A stretch of DNA of 64,000 nucleotides from Dehalococcoidia bacterium (GCA_965219025.1 OZ244716.1:327812-391811); one strand, 5' to 3'; shown: positions 45,167 through 54,904, counted from the stretch's first letter. Numbers and translations: made by a program. The notes: generated by a model not told the origin, from the letters alone.

Positions 45167-46369
45167 ATGGCTAAGAGGAGGTTTGAGCGAACCAAGCCCC
45201 ACCTTAACGTGGGGACAATAGGCCACGTGGACCACGGCAAGACCACGCTCACGTCGGCAATCACCATGGTTCTGAACAAGCAGGGCACCGGCGGCACCGC
45301 GTTTCGCAGCTTCGACTCCATCGACAACGCACCGGAGGAGAAGGCGCGCGGCGTGACCATCGCCATCCAGCACGTGGAGTACGAAACGCCCAACAGGCAC
45401 TACGCCCACGTGGACTGTCCCGGCCACGCAGACTACATCAAGAATATGATCACCGGCGCTGCACAGATGGATGGCGCCATCCTGGTGGTCAGCGCCCCGG
45501 ACGGCCCCATGCCGCAGACCCGTGAGCACATTCTCCTGGCTCGCCAGGTGCAGGTGCCCAGCATGGTCGTGGCGCTAAACAAGGTGGACGCCATGGACGA
45601 TCCGGAGCTCCTGGAGCTCGTGGAGCTTGAGCTTCGCGACCTCCTCAGCAGCTACGGCTTCCCCGGCGAAGACATACCTATCGTTCGCGTCAGCGCCCTC
45701 AAGGCCCTGGAGGACGAGGGAAACACCGACTCCGAATGGACCCAGGGCATAATCGACCTCATGCAGGCCGTGGACGACTACATCCCGGTCCCGCAGCGTC
45801 CCAAGGACCAGCCATTCCTGATGCCCGTCGAGGACGTGTTTGGCATCAAGGGCAGGGGCACCGTGGTAACCGGACGCGTGGAGCGCGGCATGGTCAAGAC
45901 CGGGGACGAGGTTGAGATCGTCGGCTTCGGTGAGCCTCGCAGGATCGTGGTCACCGGCGTGGAGATGTTCCACAAGACCCTGGACGAGGGCGAGCCGGGC
46001 GATGCCGTGGGCTGCCTTCTCCGCGGCGTGGAGCGCACGGACATCGAACGCGGTCAGGTGCTCGCCAAGGTGGGCTCCATGAAGGCCAGGACCGAGGCCA
46101 ACGCCGAGGTCTACGTGCTGGGCCGCGACGAGGGAGGCCGGCACACCCCCTTCTTCAACGGGTACAAGCCTCAGTTCTACATCCGAACCACCGACGTCAC
46201 CGGCGAGATTTACCTGCCCGAGGGCGTGGAAATGGTCATGCCCGGCGACAACGTGACCATGCAGATCAAGCTCATCAGCCCGGTTGCCCTTGAGGAGCAG
46301 CTCCGCTTTGCCATCCGGGAGGGCGGCCGCACCGTGGGTTCCGGCGTAATCACTGAGGTTAAGGACTAA
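45167..46369 (+). CDS. tuf: elongation factor Tu
   Basis: [28 protein letters not shown]...DCPGHADY...NKVD. AAGGAGG lies upstream. The track start at 45086 would overlap the tRNA. Confidence 0.98.
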   Translation: MAKRRFERTKPHLNVGTIGHVDHGKTTLTSAITMVLNKQGTGGTAFRSFDSIDNAPEEKARGVTIAIQHVEYETPNRHYAHVDCPGHADYIKNMITGAAQMDGAILVVSAPDGPMPQTREHILLARQVQVPSMVVALNKVDAMDDPELLELVELELRDLLSSYGFPGEDIPIVRVSALKALEDEGNTDSEWTQGIIDLMQAVDDYIPVPQRPKDQPFLMPVEDVFGIKGRGTVVTGRVERGMVKTGDEVEIVGFGEPRRIVVTGVEMFHKTLDEGEPGDAVGCLLRGVERTDIERGQVLAKVGSMKARTEANAEVYVLGRDEGGRHTPFFNGYKPQFYIRTTDVTGEIYLPEGVEMVMPGDNVTMQIKLISPVALEEQLRFAIREGGRTVGSGVITEVKD

Positions 46370-46373
46370 GATC

Positions 46374-46544
46374 ATGGCCAAGCGAAGAGGCGAAGTCAGA
46401 CCGATCATCACCCTGGCGTGCAGTGACTGCCGCGAGCGTAACTACACGACGGTGAAGAACCAGCGCAGCGATCCGCAGCGTCTGGAGCTCACCAAGTACT
46501 GCCCACGCTGCCGGTCACACAGGGCGCATAGGGAGATCAGGTAG
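46374..46544 (+). CDS. rpmG: 50S ribosomal protein L33
   Basis: 56-aa ORF, below the track length cut-off: [56 protein letters not shown]. Has two CxxC pairs and the conserved position before secE. Confidence 0.9.
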   Translation: MAKRRGEVRPIITLACSDCRERNYTTVKNQRSDPQRLELTKYCPRCRSHRAHREIR

Positions 46545-46549
46545 CAGTC

Positions 46550-46789
46550 ATGGCCCGTGTACCTGCCGGGCGATCCCTACGCGCGGGAGGCGCGGACTCA
46601 GCGCGCCGCGGATCCGGCGGACTGCAGTTCTTCCGCGAGACCGTCGGCGAGCTCAGGCGCGTTGTGTGGCCCACGCGGGAGCAGGCCACGCGGTTGACCA
46701 TTCTGGTCATCATCATATCCGTGTTTGTGGGACTGCTGCTGGGCGCCGTGGACATGGGCTTCGGAAGACTGTTCAGGTTCCTGGTATAG
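46550..46789 (+). CDS. secE: preprotein translocase subunit SecE
   Basis: FFRETVGELRRVVWPTREQATRLTILVIIISVFVGLLLG, a single C-terminal TM. Synteny rpmG-secE-nusG. Confidence 0.9.
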   Translation: MARVPAGRSLRAGGADSARRGSGGLQFFRETVGELRRVVWPTREQATRLTILVIIISVFVGLLLGAVDMGFGRLFRFLV

Positions 46790-46807
46790 AAGGGAACGCC
46801 ATTCGTC

Positions 46808-47380
46808 ATGGAAGCTGAAATCACCACTGTACGCGACGAGAGAGGTCGCTGGTACATCATCCACACCTACTCCGGGCAGGAGGAGCGGGTCAAGAAGAAC
46901 CTGACCCAGCGGGTGGAGTCCATGGACTTCCACGACCGGATATTCAACGTGGTGGTCCCCACTGAGGAAGAGATCGAGATCAAGGGCGGACGTCGCCGCT
47001 CGGTGCGCCGGAAGGTGTTCCCCGGCTACATCCTGGTCCAGATGGAGATGGATGACGACAGCTGGCACGTGGTGCGAAATACGCCGGGCGTGACCGGTTT
47101 CGTTTCCGCAGAGGACGAGAGGGAGCGCAGACCCAAGCCGGTTCCCCTGGAGGAAAGGGAGGTCGACCGGATCCTCAAGCAGATGGAGTCGGAGGCCCCC
47201 AGGGTGAAGGTCGGATTCATCACCGGCCAGAGCGTACGAATCACCGATGGCCCATTCACTGACTTCATCGGCATTGTGGACACGGTGATGACGGACCGAG
47301 GCAAGATGAGTGTGCTGGTCTCCTTCTTCGGCAGGGAAACCCCCGTGGAGCTCGACTTCCTCCAGGTGGAGAAGCTGTAG
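46808..47380 (+). CDS. nusG: transcription termination/antitermination factor NusG
   Basis: RWYIIHTYSGQEERVKKNL NGN domain and C-terminal KOW (VRITDGPFTDFIGIV). Confidence 0.95.
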   Translation: MEAEITTVRDERGRWYIIHTYSGQEERVKKNLTQRVESMDFHDRIFNVVVPTEEEIEIKGGRRRSVRRKVFPGYILVQMEMDDDSWHVVRNTPGVTGFVSAEDERERRPKPVPLEEREVDRILKQMESEAPRVKVGFITGQSVRITDGPFTDFIGIVDTVMTDRGKMSVLVSFFGRETPVELDFLQVEKL

Positions 47381-47390
47381 GAGACCGCGA

Positions 47391-47978
47391 ATGGCAAGTG
47401 TCGAATACCAAGGCCATAAGTTCGCTAGCTCCCATGAAGCGACCTGTGCAGCCCTATTCGACCTATATGGGTGGGAATGGGTCTCACAGCCACCTGCCAT
47501 ACGCGGCTGGAAGCCTGACTTTCGCCTTACGGGAGAGGAACTCTCTGTATTTGTTGAATGCAAGGGCAGTCTCAAATGGGAAGATGCCCCGCAATTCGTT
47601 ATGGAGTTGAAAAGACTCCAGGATGCAGTCAAAGGATCTTCCGATGAAGTTCTCCTGATCCCTCACTCCCCAAGGCGTGAAGAAAACCCCAAAGGTTATC
47701 CCGCGAACCTCTTGGGGTTCCTGTTGTACGGGAATATCTGGTCCAACGCTGAATTAGGCCGGTGGTCAGGAAAGGTTGGATTCTGCCATAGTGGCAATTC
47801 TTGGAAGGATCGGATTTCCGGAGAATATATCAACGGGCAGTTGGGAGATGGACAACCACCGGACGTTGTAAATGATTGGCGCTTCGCAAAGCACGTGGCA
47901 GAAGGTAAGACAGTAGCTCTCTTCAAGCCGTATAGCGGCTCAGACGTAGTGGTGTGGGAACCGTCGTCTCGCGAGTAG
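47391..47978 (+). CDS. PD-(D/E)xK nuclease-fold-like protein (putative), inserted between nusG and rplK
   Basis: 195 aa. The N-terminal ~60 aa read FASSHEATCAALFDLYGWEWVSQP...WKPDF...VFVECKG, giving E16, D43 and E56-x-K58 with the spacing of restriction-endonuclease-like folds. AGGAG lies 7 nt before the ATG. Composition is visibly AT-richer than the flanks. Confidence 0.45.
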   Translation: MASVEYQGHKFASSHEATCAALFDLYGWEWVSQPPAIRGWKPDFRLTGEELSVFVECKGSLKWEDAPQFVMELKRLQDAVKGSSDEVLLIPHSPRREENPKGYPANLLGFLLYGNIWSNAELGRWSGKVGFCHSGNSWKDRISGEYINGQLGDGQPPDVVNDWRFAKHVAEGKTVALFKPYSGSDVVVWEPSSRE

Positions 47979-48010
47979 GAACACTTCCACAATAGCGGTC
48001 AGGTAAGGTA

Positions 48011-48436
48011 ATGGCAAAGAAAGTTAGAGCCGTAGTCAAGCTCCAGATCGCCGCCGGCAAGGCCACTCCCGCGCCGCCCGTTGGGCCCGCGCTCGGCCAG
48101 CACGGGGTGAACATCATGGCGTTCGTGAAGGAGTACAACGAGCAGACCTCCACGCGTGAGGGCTCCATTGTGCCTGTACACATCACGGTCTTCGAGGACA
48201 GGTCCTTCACCTTCGTGACACGCACGCCCCCCGCATCCGACCTCATACGCAGGTCGGCGGGCGTAGAGAAGGGCAGCTCGGCCGCCAGCACCGAGAGCGT
48301 GGGAAGCATCTCCCGGGACGAGGTGAGAGAGATCGCCCGGACGAAACTGGCGGACCTGAACGCCCCGGACCTTGAGGCCGCAATGAAGATAATCGAAGGC
48401 ACCGCTCGCAGCATGGGCGTTGAGGTGGCCGACTAG
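48011..48436 (+). CDS. rplK: 50S ribosomal protein L11
   Basis: [43 protein letters not shown]. Confidence 0.98.
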   Translation: MAKKVRAVVKLQIAAGKATPAPPVGPALGQHGVNIMAFVKEYNEQTSTREGSIVPVHITVFEDRSFTFVTRTPPASDLIRRSAGVEKGSSAASTESVGSISRDEVREIARTKLADLNAPDLEAAMKIIEGTARSMGVEVAD

Positions 48437-48456
48437 TCCAGTCGAGGAAGCATAGA

Positions 48457-49167
48457 ATGGCAAAGCAAGGCAAGAATCACCAGGAAGCCCTCAAGGCGGT
48501 GGACCGCAACCACAACTACTCGCCGGACGAGGCCGTTGAACTCGCAAAGGAGACGGCCAGGGCCAAGTTCGACGAGACGTTGGAGATTCACCTCCGCACC
48601 GGCTCCGACCCGCGCCACGCCGACCAGCTGATCCGGGGAGTGGCGCTCCTGCCCCACGGCCTCGGCAAGGAGGTACGCGTGCTGGTGTTCGCCGCGGGTG
48701 AGGCTGCGACGGCAGCCCGGCAGGCCGGCGCAGACCACGTCGGAGACGACGACCTGGTCCAGCGCATCGAGGGCGGCTGGCTGGATTTCGACGTTGCCAT
48801 CGCCACGCCGGACATGATGGGCAAGATCGGCCGGCTCGGCCGTGTGCTGGGACGCCGAGGGCTGATGCCCAACCCGCGCGCCGGCACGGTGGTGCAGCCC
48901 CAGGACTTCGGGCGGGCCGTGCAGGAGGCTAAGCAGGGCCGCATCGAGTTCCGGCTGGACCGGTCCGGCATAATCCACGCGCCCCTGGGCAAGGTCAGCT
49001 TCGAAAAAGAAATGCTCATGGAGAATTTGAATTCTCTTGTGGACACGGTTGTGAGGGCACGTCCTTCCGCCGTCAAGGGGCAGTTCATCAGGACTGCATA
49101 CATCACCACGACCATGGGGCCCAGCATCAGGCTGGACGTACCGAGATTGCTGGCGATGAACAACTAG
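48457..49167 (+). CDS. rplA: 50S ribosomal protein L1
   Basis: Canonical L1 sequence (ETLEIHLRTGSDPRHADQLIRG...MPNPRAGTV). Confidence 0.98.
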   Translation: MAKQGKNHQEALKAVDRNHNYSPDEAVELAKETARAKFDETLEIHLRTGSDPRHADQLIRGVALLPHGLGKEVRVLVFAAGEAATAARQAGADHVGDDDLVQRIEGGWLDFDVAIATPDMMGKIGRLGRVLGRRGLMPNPRAGTVVQPQDFGRAVQEAKQGRIEFRLDRSGIIHAPLGKVSFEKEMLMENLNSLVDTVVRARPSAVKGQFIRTAYITTTMGPSIRLDVPRLLAMNN

Positions 49168-49270
49168 CGGCACAGATTTGCCGTAGAAAGCGGGTGGCTC
49201 CAGGGCCATAATCTGCAAAACGGACCCGCCGAGGCAGGACAGAGGGAAAGCTGAACGCAGCAACATCTGC

Positions 49271-49303
49271 GGGGCTCCCCGGTGTTCCGGCCCGGGGAGC
49301 CCC
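49271..49303 (+). promoter_or_regulatory. 12-bp GC hairpin in the rplJ leader
   Basis: GGGGCTCCCCGG-tgttccggc-CCGGGGAGCCCC, 20 nt before the rplJ ATG. No U-tract. Confidence 0.35.
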
Positions 49304-49322
49304 GATCGTTAAGAGGAGCGCA

Positions 49323-50069
49323 ATGCCAACGCCAAAGAAGGAAAGCCAGGTAGAGGACATCAAGTCCCGGCTCAGCCGGAGCTCAATAGCCATTGCAACC
49401 GGCTACCAGGGCATGTCCGCGTCCAACATGACGGACCTGCGAGCGCGGCTGCGAGAGCAGGGTATCGAGTACCGCGTCATCAAGAACACGCTGGCCCTGC
49501 GCGCCGCATCCGAGCTAGGCAATGAGGGGGTTGATCGCGTCCTGCTGGGCCCAACCGCCATCGCATTCGGATACGGGGAGGCAACGGACGCAGCGAAGGG
49601 CCTCAACACCTACATCATCACCAGCCGTCTCCCCCTGGTCATCCACGGCGCGGTGATGGACGGGCAGGTCCTGAGCGGAGACCAGGTGGTCAGCTTGGCG
49701 ACTCTGCCTCCGAGGGACGAGCTCCTCGCACGGCTGCTCGGGCAGATGCAGGCGCCCATAACCGGGCTGGCCACGGTGCTCAGCGCGCCCCTGCGAGGTC
49801 TCGTAACGGTGCTTCAGCGAGTCTCGGAGCAGAGCGACGGCGCCACGGCCGAAGCGGTCGCGGAAGAGCAGCCCGTCGCGGAGGCCGCCGAATCTACCAC
49901 GGAGGAGGAGCCAGCTGAAGCCGCCGAGACTACCGCGGAGGCGGAGCCCGTCGCGGAGGCCGCCGAAACCACCGCGGAGGAGGAGCCAGCCGAAGAGACC
50001 GGAGAGAACGCGGAAGCGGAGTCCGCCACGGAGGAGGCTGAAGCCTCCGAGTCCGACGACCCCGCGTAA
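49323..50069 (+). CDS. rplJ: 50S ribosomal protein L10 with ~70-aa acidic repeat tail
   Basis: L10 core ([36 protein letters not shown]) followed by an [23 protein letters not shown]... tail. Confidence 0.95.
   Translation: MPTPKKESQVEDIKSRLSRSSIAIATGYQGMSASNMTDLRARLREQGIEYRVIKNTLALRAASELGNEGVDRVLLGPTAIAFGYGEATDAAKGLNTYIITSRLPLVIHGAVMDGQVLSGDQVVSLATLPPRDELLARLLGQMQAPITGLATVLSAPLRGLVTVLQRVSEQSDGATAEAVAEEQPVAEAAESTTEEEPAEAAETTAEAEPVAEAAETTAEEEPAEETGENAEAESATEEAEASESDDPA
49872..50021 (+). repeat. 2 x 75-bp tandem repeat inside the rplJ 3' region
   Basis: Copy 1 at 49872..49946 and copy 2 at 49947..50021 both begin CCCGTCGCGGAGGCCGCCGAA...GAGGAGGAGCCAGC. They encode PVAEAAE(S/T)T(T/A)EEEPAE... 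Confidence 0.8.
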
Positions 50070-50115
50070 CACACTCGCAAATCCCAAACACAAGTCATCG
50101 AGGAGGATGAGACCA

Positions 50116-50499
50116 ATGGACAAGGACCAGGTGCTAGAGGCAGTGAAGGGCATGTCGGTGCTGGAGCTGGCGGAGCTCGTCAAGATGCTGGAGGAGGAGT
50201 TTGGTGTCAGCGCAGCGGCTCCAATGGCAATGGTCGCCGCCCCCGTCGCGGGCGTGCAGGCCGTAGCCGCCTCCGACGCAGAGGAGCAGACGGAGTTCGA
50301 CGTAGTCCTCAGGGAGATCGGCCCCAACAAGATCAACGTCATCAAGGGCGTGCGCGAAGTGACCACCCTGGGCCTCAAGGAGGCCAAGGACCTGGTGGAG
50401 GGCGCGCCCCAGGCGGTGAAGGAGGGAATCTCCAAGGAGGACGCTCAGCAGATCAAGGTCAAGCTGGAAGAGGCCGGCGCCGTAGTGGCGGTCCAGTAG
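50116..50499 (+). CDS. rplL: 50S ribosomal protein L7/L12
   Basis: [31 protein letters not shown]...[16 protein letters not shown] 50116 lies 9 nt after AGGAGG. Confidence 0.97.
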   Translation: MDKDQVLEAVKGMSVLELAELVKMLEEEFGVSAAAPMAMVAAPVAGVQAVAASDAEEQTEFDVVLREIGPNKINVIKGVREVTTLGLKEAKDLVEGAPQAVKEGISKEDAQQIKVKLEEAGAVVAVQ

Positions 50500-50637
50500 C
50501 AGCTACTCCTCCACGTTTCCACCTCACCCGCCGGAGTTGCCCGCCTGCTGGGGCAGTGCACTGTTGCCTTCTCCCACACGATGTGGAAGGCACGACACTA
50601 GTACGTACTTGACGCGGGGACGGGAGCACGAACAGCC

Positions 50638-50898
50638 ATGAGTCGTCGCAGGGACAGGGAGCGCTACGAGGCGATGCGCCGCTTGGACCCCGCCTATCGC
50701 GGGTTCCGAGGCCACACCTCCGAGCCCAGCGCGGTGGTTGAGCCGTTGGAGCCGGTCGCCTGCATCGTTTGCGGGCGCACTCGCAACGTGCCTCAAAGCG
50801 TCGCCACCCAACAGCGAGACTCGTTCGTCTGCTCCCGCTGCCAGGAACCGGGAAGCGAGGATCCGGAGAGCGCCGTAGCCGAAGCGCAGACGGAATGA
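50638..50898 (+). CDS. small zinc-ribbon protein (CxxC...CxxC), hypothetical
   Basis: 86 aa with CIVCGR...CSRCQE. Its TGA overlaps the radC ATG (ATGA). Confidence 0.4.
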   Translation: MSRRRDRERYEAMRRLDPAYRGFRGHTSEPSAVVEPLEPVACIVCGRTRNVPQSVATQQRDSFVCSRCQEPGSEDPESAVAEAQTE

Positions 50899-51605
50899 CC
50901 AACGAGAACGTAACGCCGGGATACGAGACCAGAATCCGTGATCTCCCCGCCGGCGAGAGACCAAGGGAGCGACTCCGCAACTACGGCGCATCTCGCCTGA
51001 GCAACGCCGAGCTTCTGGCCATCATACTGCGCACCGGCCTCAAGTCGGAGAGCGTGCTAAGCCTGAGCACTCGCCTTCTGTTCCAGTTCAAGGGGCTGTC
51101 CGGCCTGGCCCGTTCCAGCTTCGAGGACCTGAGGAGCGTTAGAGGTCTGGGCGAAGCGAAGGCCGCGGAGCTGCAGGCAGCCCTGGAGCTCGGACGGCGG
51201 TTGCTCACCGTACCGGAAGTCGAGCGTCCAACCATTCAGGGCCCGCAGAACGTGGCAGACCTCGTGCAGGCGGAGATGGCCTTCCTGGCGCAGGAGCACC
51301 TGCGGGTTCTTGCGCTCAACACCAGGAACCAGGTGGTTTCCACGGAGGAGGTCTACAAGGGGAACGTCGGCTCGGCAGTGGTGCGCTCCAGCGAGATCTT
51401 TCGGGAAGCCGTGCGCTCCAACGCACCCTCCATCATCATCGTGCACAACCATCCCTCCGGCGACCCCACGCCAAGCACCGACGACGTACGGGTCACAAGG
51501 CAACTGGTGGAAGCCGGCCGGCTGCTGGAAATTGAGGTGCTCGACCACGTGGTAGTGGCCGAACGGGGATTTGTCAGCCTGAAGGACAGGGGACTCATGT
51601 CCTGA
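50895..51605 (+). CDS. radC: RadC-family JAB/MPN-domain protein
   Basis: [28 protein letters not shown] (HhH) and [14 protein letters not shown] (JAMM motif). Confidence 0.9.
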   Translation: MTNENVTPGYETRIRDLPAGERPRERLRNYGASRLSNAELLAIILRTGLKSESVLSLSTRLLFQFKGLSGLARSSFEDLRSVRGLGEAKAAELQAALELGRRLLTVPEVERPTIQGPQNVADLVQAEMAFLAQEHLRVLALNTRNQVVSTEEVYKGNVGSAVVRSSEIFREAVRSNAPSIIIVHNHPSGDPTPSTDDVRVTRQLVEAGRLLEIEVLDHVVVAERGFVSLKDRGLMS

Positions 51606-51669
51606 GCGTGCGGCTCCCCTGCCGTACCAGCGCAGGGACACGTCCGGACTCACGCCGAGGGACTTAGCG

Positions 51670-52347
51670 ATGGAAGAGAAGGTCTGTGCCGGGTGCGGCC
51701 AGGTGAACCCGGCTAACGCCAACTTCTGCACCGGCTGCAGGAGTCAAGCCTTTGTGCAGGCGCCGCCCGAATCGGGGGAGCCTGCTCCCGGCCAGCCTCT
51801 GCTGACTGAAGGCTACGCCCTTCAAATCGGCGCCGTCCGCATCATCGTACTGTCCATCGTCACGTCCGGCGTCTACGTGCTCTACTGGCTGTACAGGACG
51901 TGGAAGCAGCTGCAGCCTGAGACCGGTGACGCACACTACCCCATCTGGCACGCCGCAACCCTGTTTGTGCCCGTCTACGGTCTGTTCCGCATACATCGGC
52001 ACCTGTCGGTGATTCAGGATCTGGCGCAAAAGAGAGGGGTTGAGTCCCTCATGCCGCCGGCACTTGGCGTGACCGTCATGGCCCTCTACTGGCTGCTCGC
52101 GCTTGTTACGGGCAATCAGGAGGACCCCATTGCCGTCATGGTGCTGTCCCTTATCGGGTTGGCCCTGATTACTACGCTGATGGTGCGAGCGCAAAAGACC
52201 CTGAACGCGTACTGGACGAGCCTCCACGGCAGCCGCGCCATCCGAGTTCCCCTTGGGACAGCCGAGGTTCGGTTCCTGATTGTAGTGCTGGCTGCCCAAC
52301 TCATGATCCTCGCGTTTCTGGGCAGCCCAAGCGGCGCTACCACCTAG
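51670..52347 (+). CDS. membrane protein with N-terminal zinc ribbon and DUF4234-like TM region
   Basis: CAGCGQVNPANANFCTGC followed by 4 TM segments including YVLYWLYRTWKQL. Confidence 0.55.
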   Translation: MEEKVCAGCGQVNPANANFCTGCRSQAFVQAPPESGEPAPGQPLLTEGYALQIGAVRIIVLSIVTSGVYVLYWLYRTWKQLQPETGDAHYPIWHAATLFVPVYGLFRIHRHLSVIQDLAQKRGVESLMPPALGVTVMALYWLLALVTGNQEDPIAVMVLSLIGLALITTLMVRAQKTLNAYWTSLHGSRAIRVPLGTAEVRFLIVVLAAQLMILAFLGSPSGATT

Positions 52348-53134
52348 ACAATCGCCACGGCATACGGCGAAAGTCCGGCCACACCTCCTGCCCCGTCGCC
52401 TTCAGGTACAGCGCAGACGCCGCCGCGCCCGCCACGAACCCGCCGACGTGCGCCCAGTACGCCACGCCGCCGCCCGTTGAGCCGAGAGAGCCCAGCGCAG
52501 GCAGGATGTTCTGCAGGACGAACCAGAACCCCAGCAGAAACAGCGCCGGCACTCGAATAACCATGATGAAGTAGGCGAACACGAGCGTATTGATCCGGTG
52601 GTAGGGGTAGACCATGATGTACGCTCCGAGGATTCCCGCTATGGCGCCGCTGGCTCCGATCATCGGCACCGTGCTGTCGGAGTCTATGGCCACCTGCGCC
52701 CAGGCCGCGGCCACGCCGCAAGCAAGGTAGAACGCCAGGAACCCGGCGTGTCCCATCCTGGCCTCAATGTTGTCGCCGAAGACCCACAGGTACAGCATGT
52801 TGCCGGCAATGTGCATGATTCCGCCGTGGATGAACATAGACGTGAACATGGTCAACCACGGATGATTCGGCGCCTCCAGGACAATCACCGTCCCCTCGCA
52901 AGCCAACCTGCCGGAGAACGTGCGGTACACAGTCCCGTCGCACACCGCCCCGAACTCTGCCAATCCCTGCGTCATTCTCGCGGGAATCAGCCCCCACTCG
53001 TGGTAGAAGAGGGTCTGGCCGAGGTTTCCAAGCGTCAGCTCGTACAGGAACACCATGGCGTTCACGACGATCAGCGCCATCGTTACGTAGGGCGTTCCGT
53101 GACGTTCAACCTCGGGGTCCGAGAGGGGAATCAA
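52337..53134 (-). CDS. rhomboid-family intramembrane serine protease
   Basis: FIHGGIMHIAGNMLYLWVFG...GASGAIAGILGAY...AHVGGFVAG. TTG 53134 (MIPLSDPEVERH...) has GGAGG 7 nt upstream. The track start at 53263 is probably too long. Confidence 0.85.
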   Translation of the reverse strand: MIPLSDPEVERHGTPYVTMALIVVNAMVFLYELTLGNLGQTLFYHEWGLIPARMTQGLAEFGAVCDGTVYRTFSGRLACEGTVIVLEAPNHPWLTMFTSMFIHGGIMHIAGNMLYLWVFGDNIEARMGHAGFLAFYLACGVAAAWAQVAIDSDSTVPMIGASGAIAGILGAYIMVYPYHRINTLVFAYFIMVIRVPALFLLGFWFVLQNILPALGSLGSTGGGVAYWAHVGGFVAGAAASALYLKATGQEVWPDFRRMPWRLSRW

Positions 53135-53557
53135 GTGGCGGCCTCCTGGCGCCGTCGCCGCTGCCACTCGCGCCGGCGGGCGGCAAAGCCTTGCCCGTCC
53201 GCCTGGCTGCTGCGGCGCTTTGCTCCACCGCATGATAGCACACCCCCCTCTCGCAACCTCCAAGCCGCAAGCTCCTTACAATCGACGGCAGGCCTATTGA
53301 CAAGCACCGCAATCCGGCCTTAGCATCTTGCGCGGAATGCTTCAATGTTCCGGCGCCGCTTAGTGACCCGCGACCTCAATGCGGGATACGGCTCACCCGA
53401 GTCCCTCAACCGGGGGCTCGGGCTTATTTATTGCCAAGCGGCGCGCCACGGAGCCGGAGATACTGCAATGGCCTCTCTCCGGACGAGCCCTTGCCCAGGG
53501 AGCGAAGAAGTTGCCGGCATACCGGCGGGACCGGCAACGCCTTAGGAAGGAGTCACG

Positions 53558-54874
53558 ATGCTGACCCAGGTTGCCACATCTCCAAAGTCCTTCGAGGACT
53601 ATCGGCCGCTTGTTGGCGATGAAGCGATCGACGAGATTTACCAGCTCGTCGAGCCTCTCCGCGGCGCGCGCATGCTTCACATCAATGCCACGGCACGCGG
53701 CGGGGGCGTCGCCGAGATCCTTACGTCCCTGGTGCCCCTCATGAACGACATTGGCATTCCAACCGAGTGGCACATCATGGAAGGCAGCGGCGAGTTCTAC
53801 CAGGTTACAAAGGCGCTCCACAACAGCCTGCAAGGCATGCAGATAGAGTGGACGCCCGAGATGTGGGCAACGTGGGAGCTTTACAACCAGCGCACCGCCG
53901 AGCTCATGGAGGGCGACTACGAATTCGTCGTAGTTCACGACCCGCAGCCCGCCGGAGTGCTCCACTATCTCAAGGAGGCCGGCTCGGTTTCAGACGGCTC
54001 CAAGTGGACCTGGCGCTGCCATATTGATACCACCAACGCCCAGCAGGAGGCCTGGAGCCTGCTTCTGCCCTACCTGCATGACTACGGCACGGCCATTTTC
54101 ACTCTCAAGCAGTTCGTCAAGCGAGACCTCGCCGGGCCGCGCATCCGAGTGATTCCTCCGGCCATAGATCCCCTCAGCGAGAAGAACGTCCCCGCCTCCG
54201 GTGACACAATCCGACAGGTGCTCACACGCTTCAACGTGGACCCGGACAGGCCATTCATGCTTCAGGCCTCACGCATGGACGCGTGGAAGGACCCGATCGG
54301 CGTGCTGGAGTCCTATCACATCATCAAGCCGAGCATTCCCTCTCTGCAGCTCGTGTTCCTCGTGGCAATCGCCGACGACGACCCGGAGGGTTGGGCCTAC
54401 CTGGACCAGGTCAAGGCCTCGGCGGGAAGCGACCCCGACGTACACATCCTGCCCGACATCCTGAACGGCATAGGCGATCCGGAGGTAAACGCATTCCAGA
54501 CCGGAGCGCAGGTGGTACTGCAGAAGTCACTCCGAGAGGGCTTCGGCCTTGCGGTGTCCGAGGCGCTTTGGAAGGGCCGGCCGGTTGTGGGCGGAAGGGC
54601 GGGTGGCATCCCGCTCCAGGTACTCCACGGCAAGACGGGCTACCTGGTCAGTTCGCCGGAGGAGTGCGCCCAGTGGGCGCAGCACCTGCTACAGGACCCG
54701 GAGAAGGCGGACCGACTTGGAATGCAGGGAAGGGAGCTTGTGCGGGAGAAGTTTCTGATAACGCGCTACCTGAGGGACTACCTGAAGGTGTACCGCTCCC
54801 TGGACCGCCGCAGAAACAGGCTGCACAGTGCGTCCTACTCGCCCAGCGTTGCGGGGGCCGCCGGAGGAGCGTAG
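53558..54874 (+). CDS. GT4 glycosyltransferase, trehalose-synthase (TreT)-like
   Basis: N-terminus FEDYRPLVGDEAIDEIYQLVEPLRGARMLHINATARGGGVAEILTSLVPLMNDIGIPTEWHIMEG resembles TreT-type enzymes. The C-terminus has the GT1 motif SLREGFGLAVSEALWKGRPVV. Confidence 0.6.
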   Translation: MLTQVATSPKSFEDYRPLVGDEAIDEIYQLVEPLRGARMLHINATARGGGVAEILTSLVPLMNDIGIPTEWHIMEGSGEFYQVTKALHNSLQGMQIEWTPEMWATWELYNQRTAELMEGDYEFVVVHDPQPAGVLHYLKEAGSVSDGSKWTWRCHIDTTNAQQEAWSLLLPYLHDYGTAIFTLKQFVKRDLAGPRIRVIPPAIDPLSEKNVPASGDTIRQVLTRFNVDPDRPFMLQASRMDAWKDPIGVLESYHIIKPSIPSLQLVFLVAIADDDPEGWAYLDQVKASAGSDPDVHILPDILNGIGDPEVNAFQTGAQVVLQKSLREGFGLAVSEALWKGRPVVGGRAGGIPLQVLHGKTGYLVSSPEECAQWAQHLLQDPEKADRLGMQGRELVREKFLITRYLRDYLKVYRSLDRRRNRLHSASYSPSVAGAAGGA

Positions 54875-54904
54875 GAAAGGCGGCGCGCCGGAGCGGCGGC
54901 CCTG

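Noticed and set aside
49271-49303. 12-bp GC hairpin considered as an intrinsic terminator of rplKA
   Set aside because: No downstream U-tract, and it lies 20 nt from the rplJ start. It is kept only as a possible leader or regulatory structure.
53510-53538. Hairpin GTTGCCGG-(13 nt)-CCGGCAAC just upstream of the TreT-like gene's Shine-Dalgarno sequence, considered as a riboswitch or attenuator
   Set aside because: It is a single 8-bp stem with no recognisable riboswitch core and no conservation evidence available, so the support is too weak to call.
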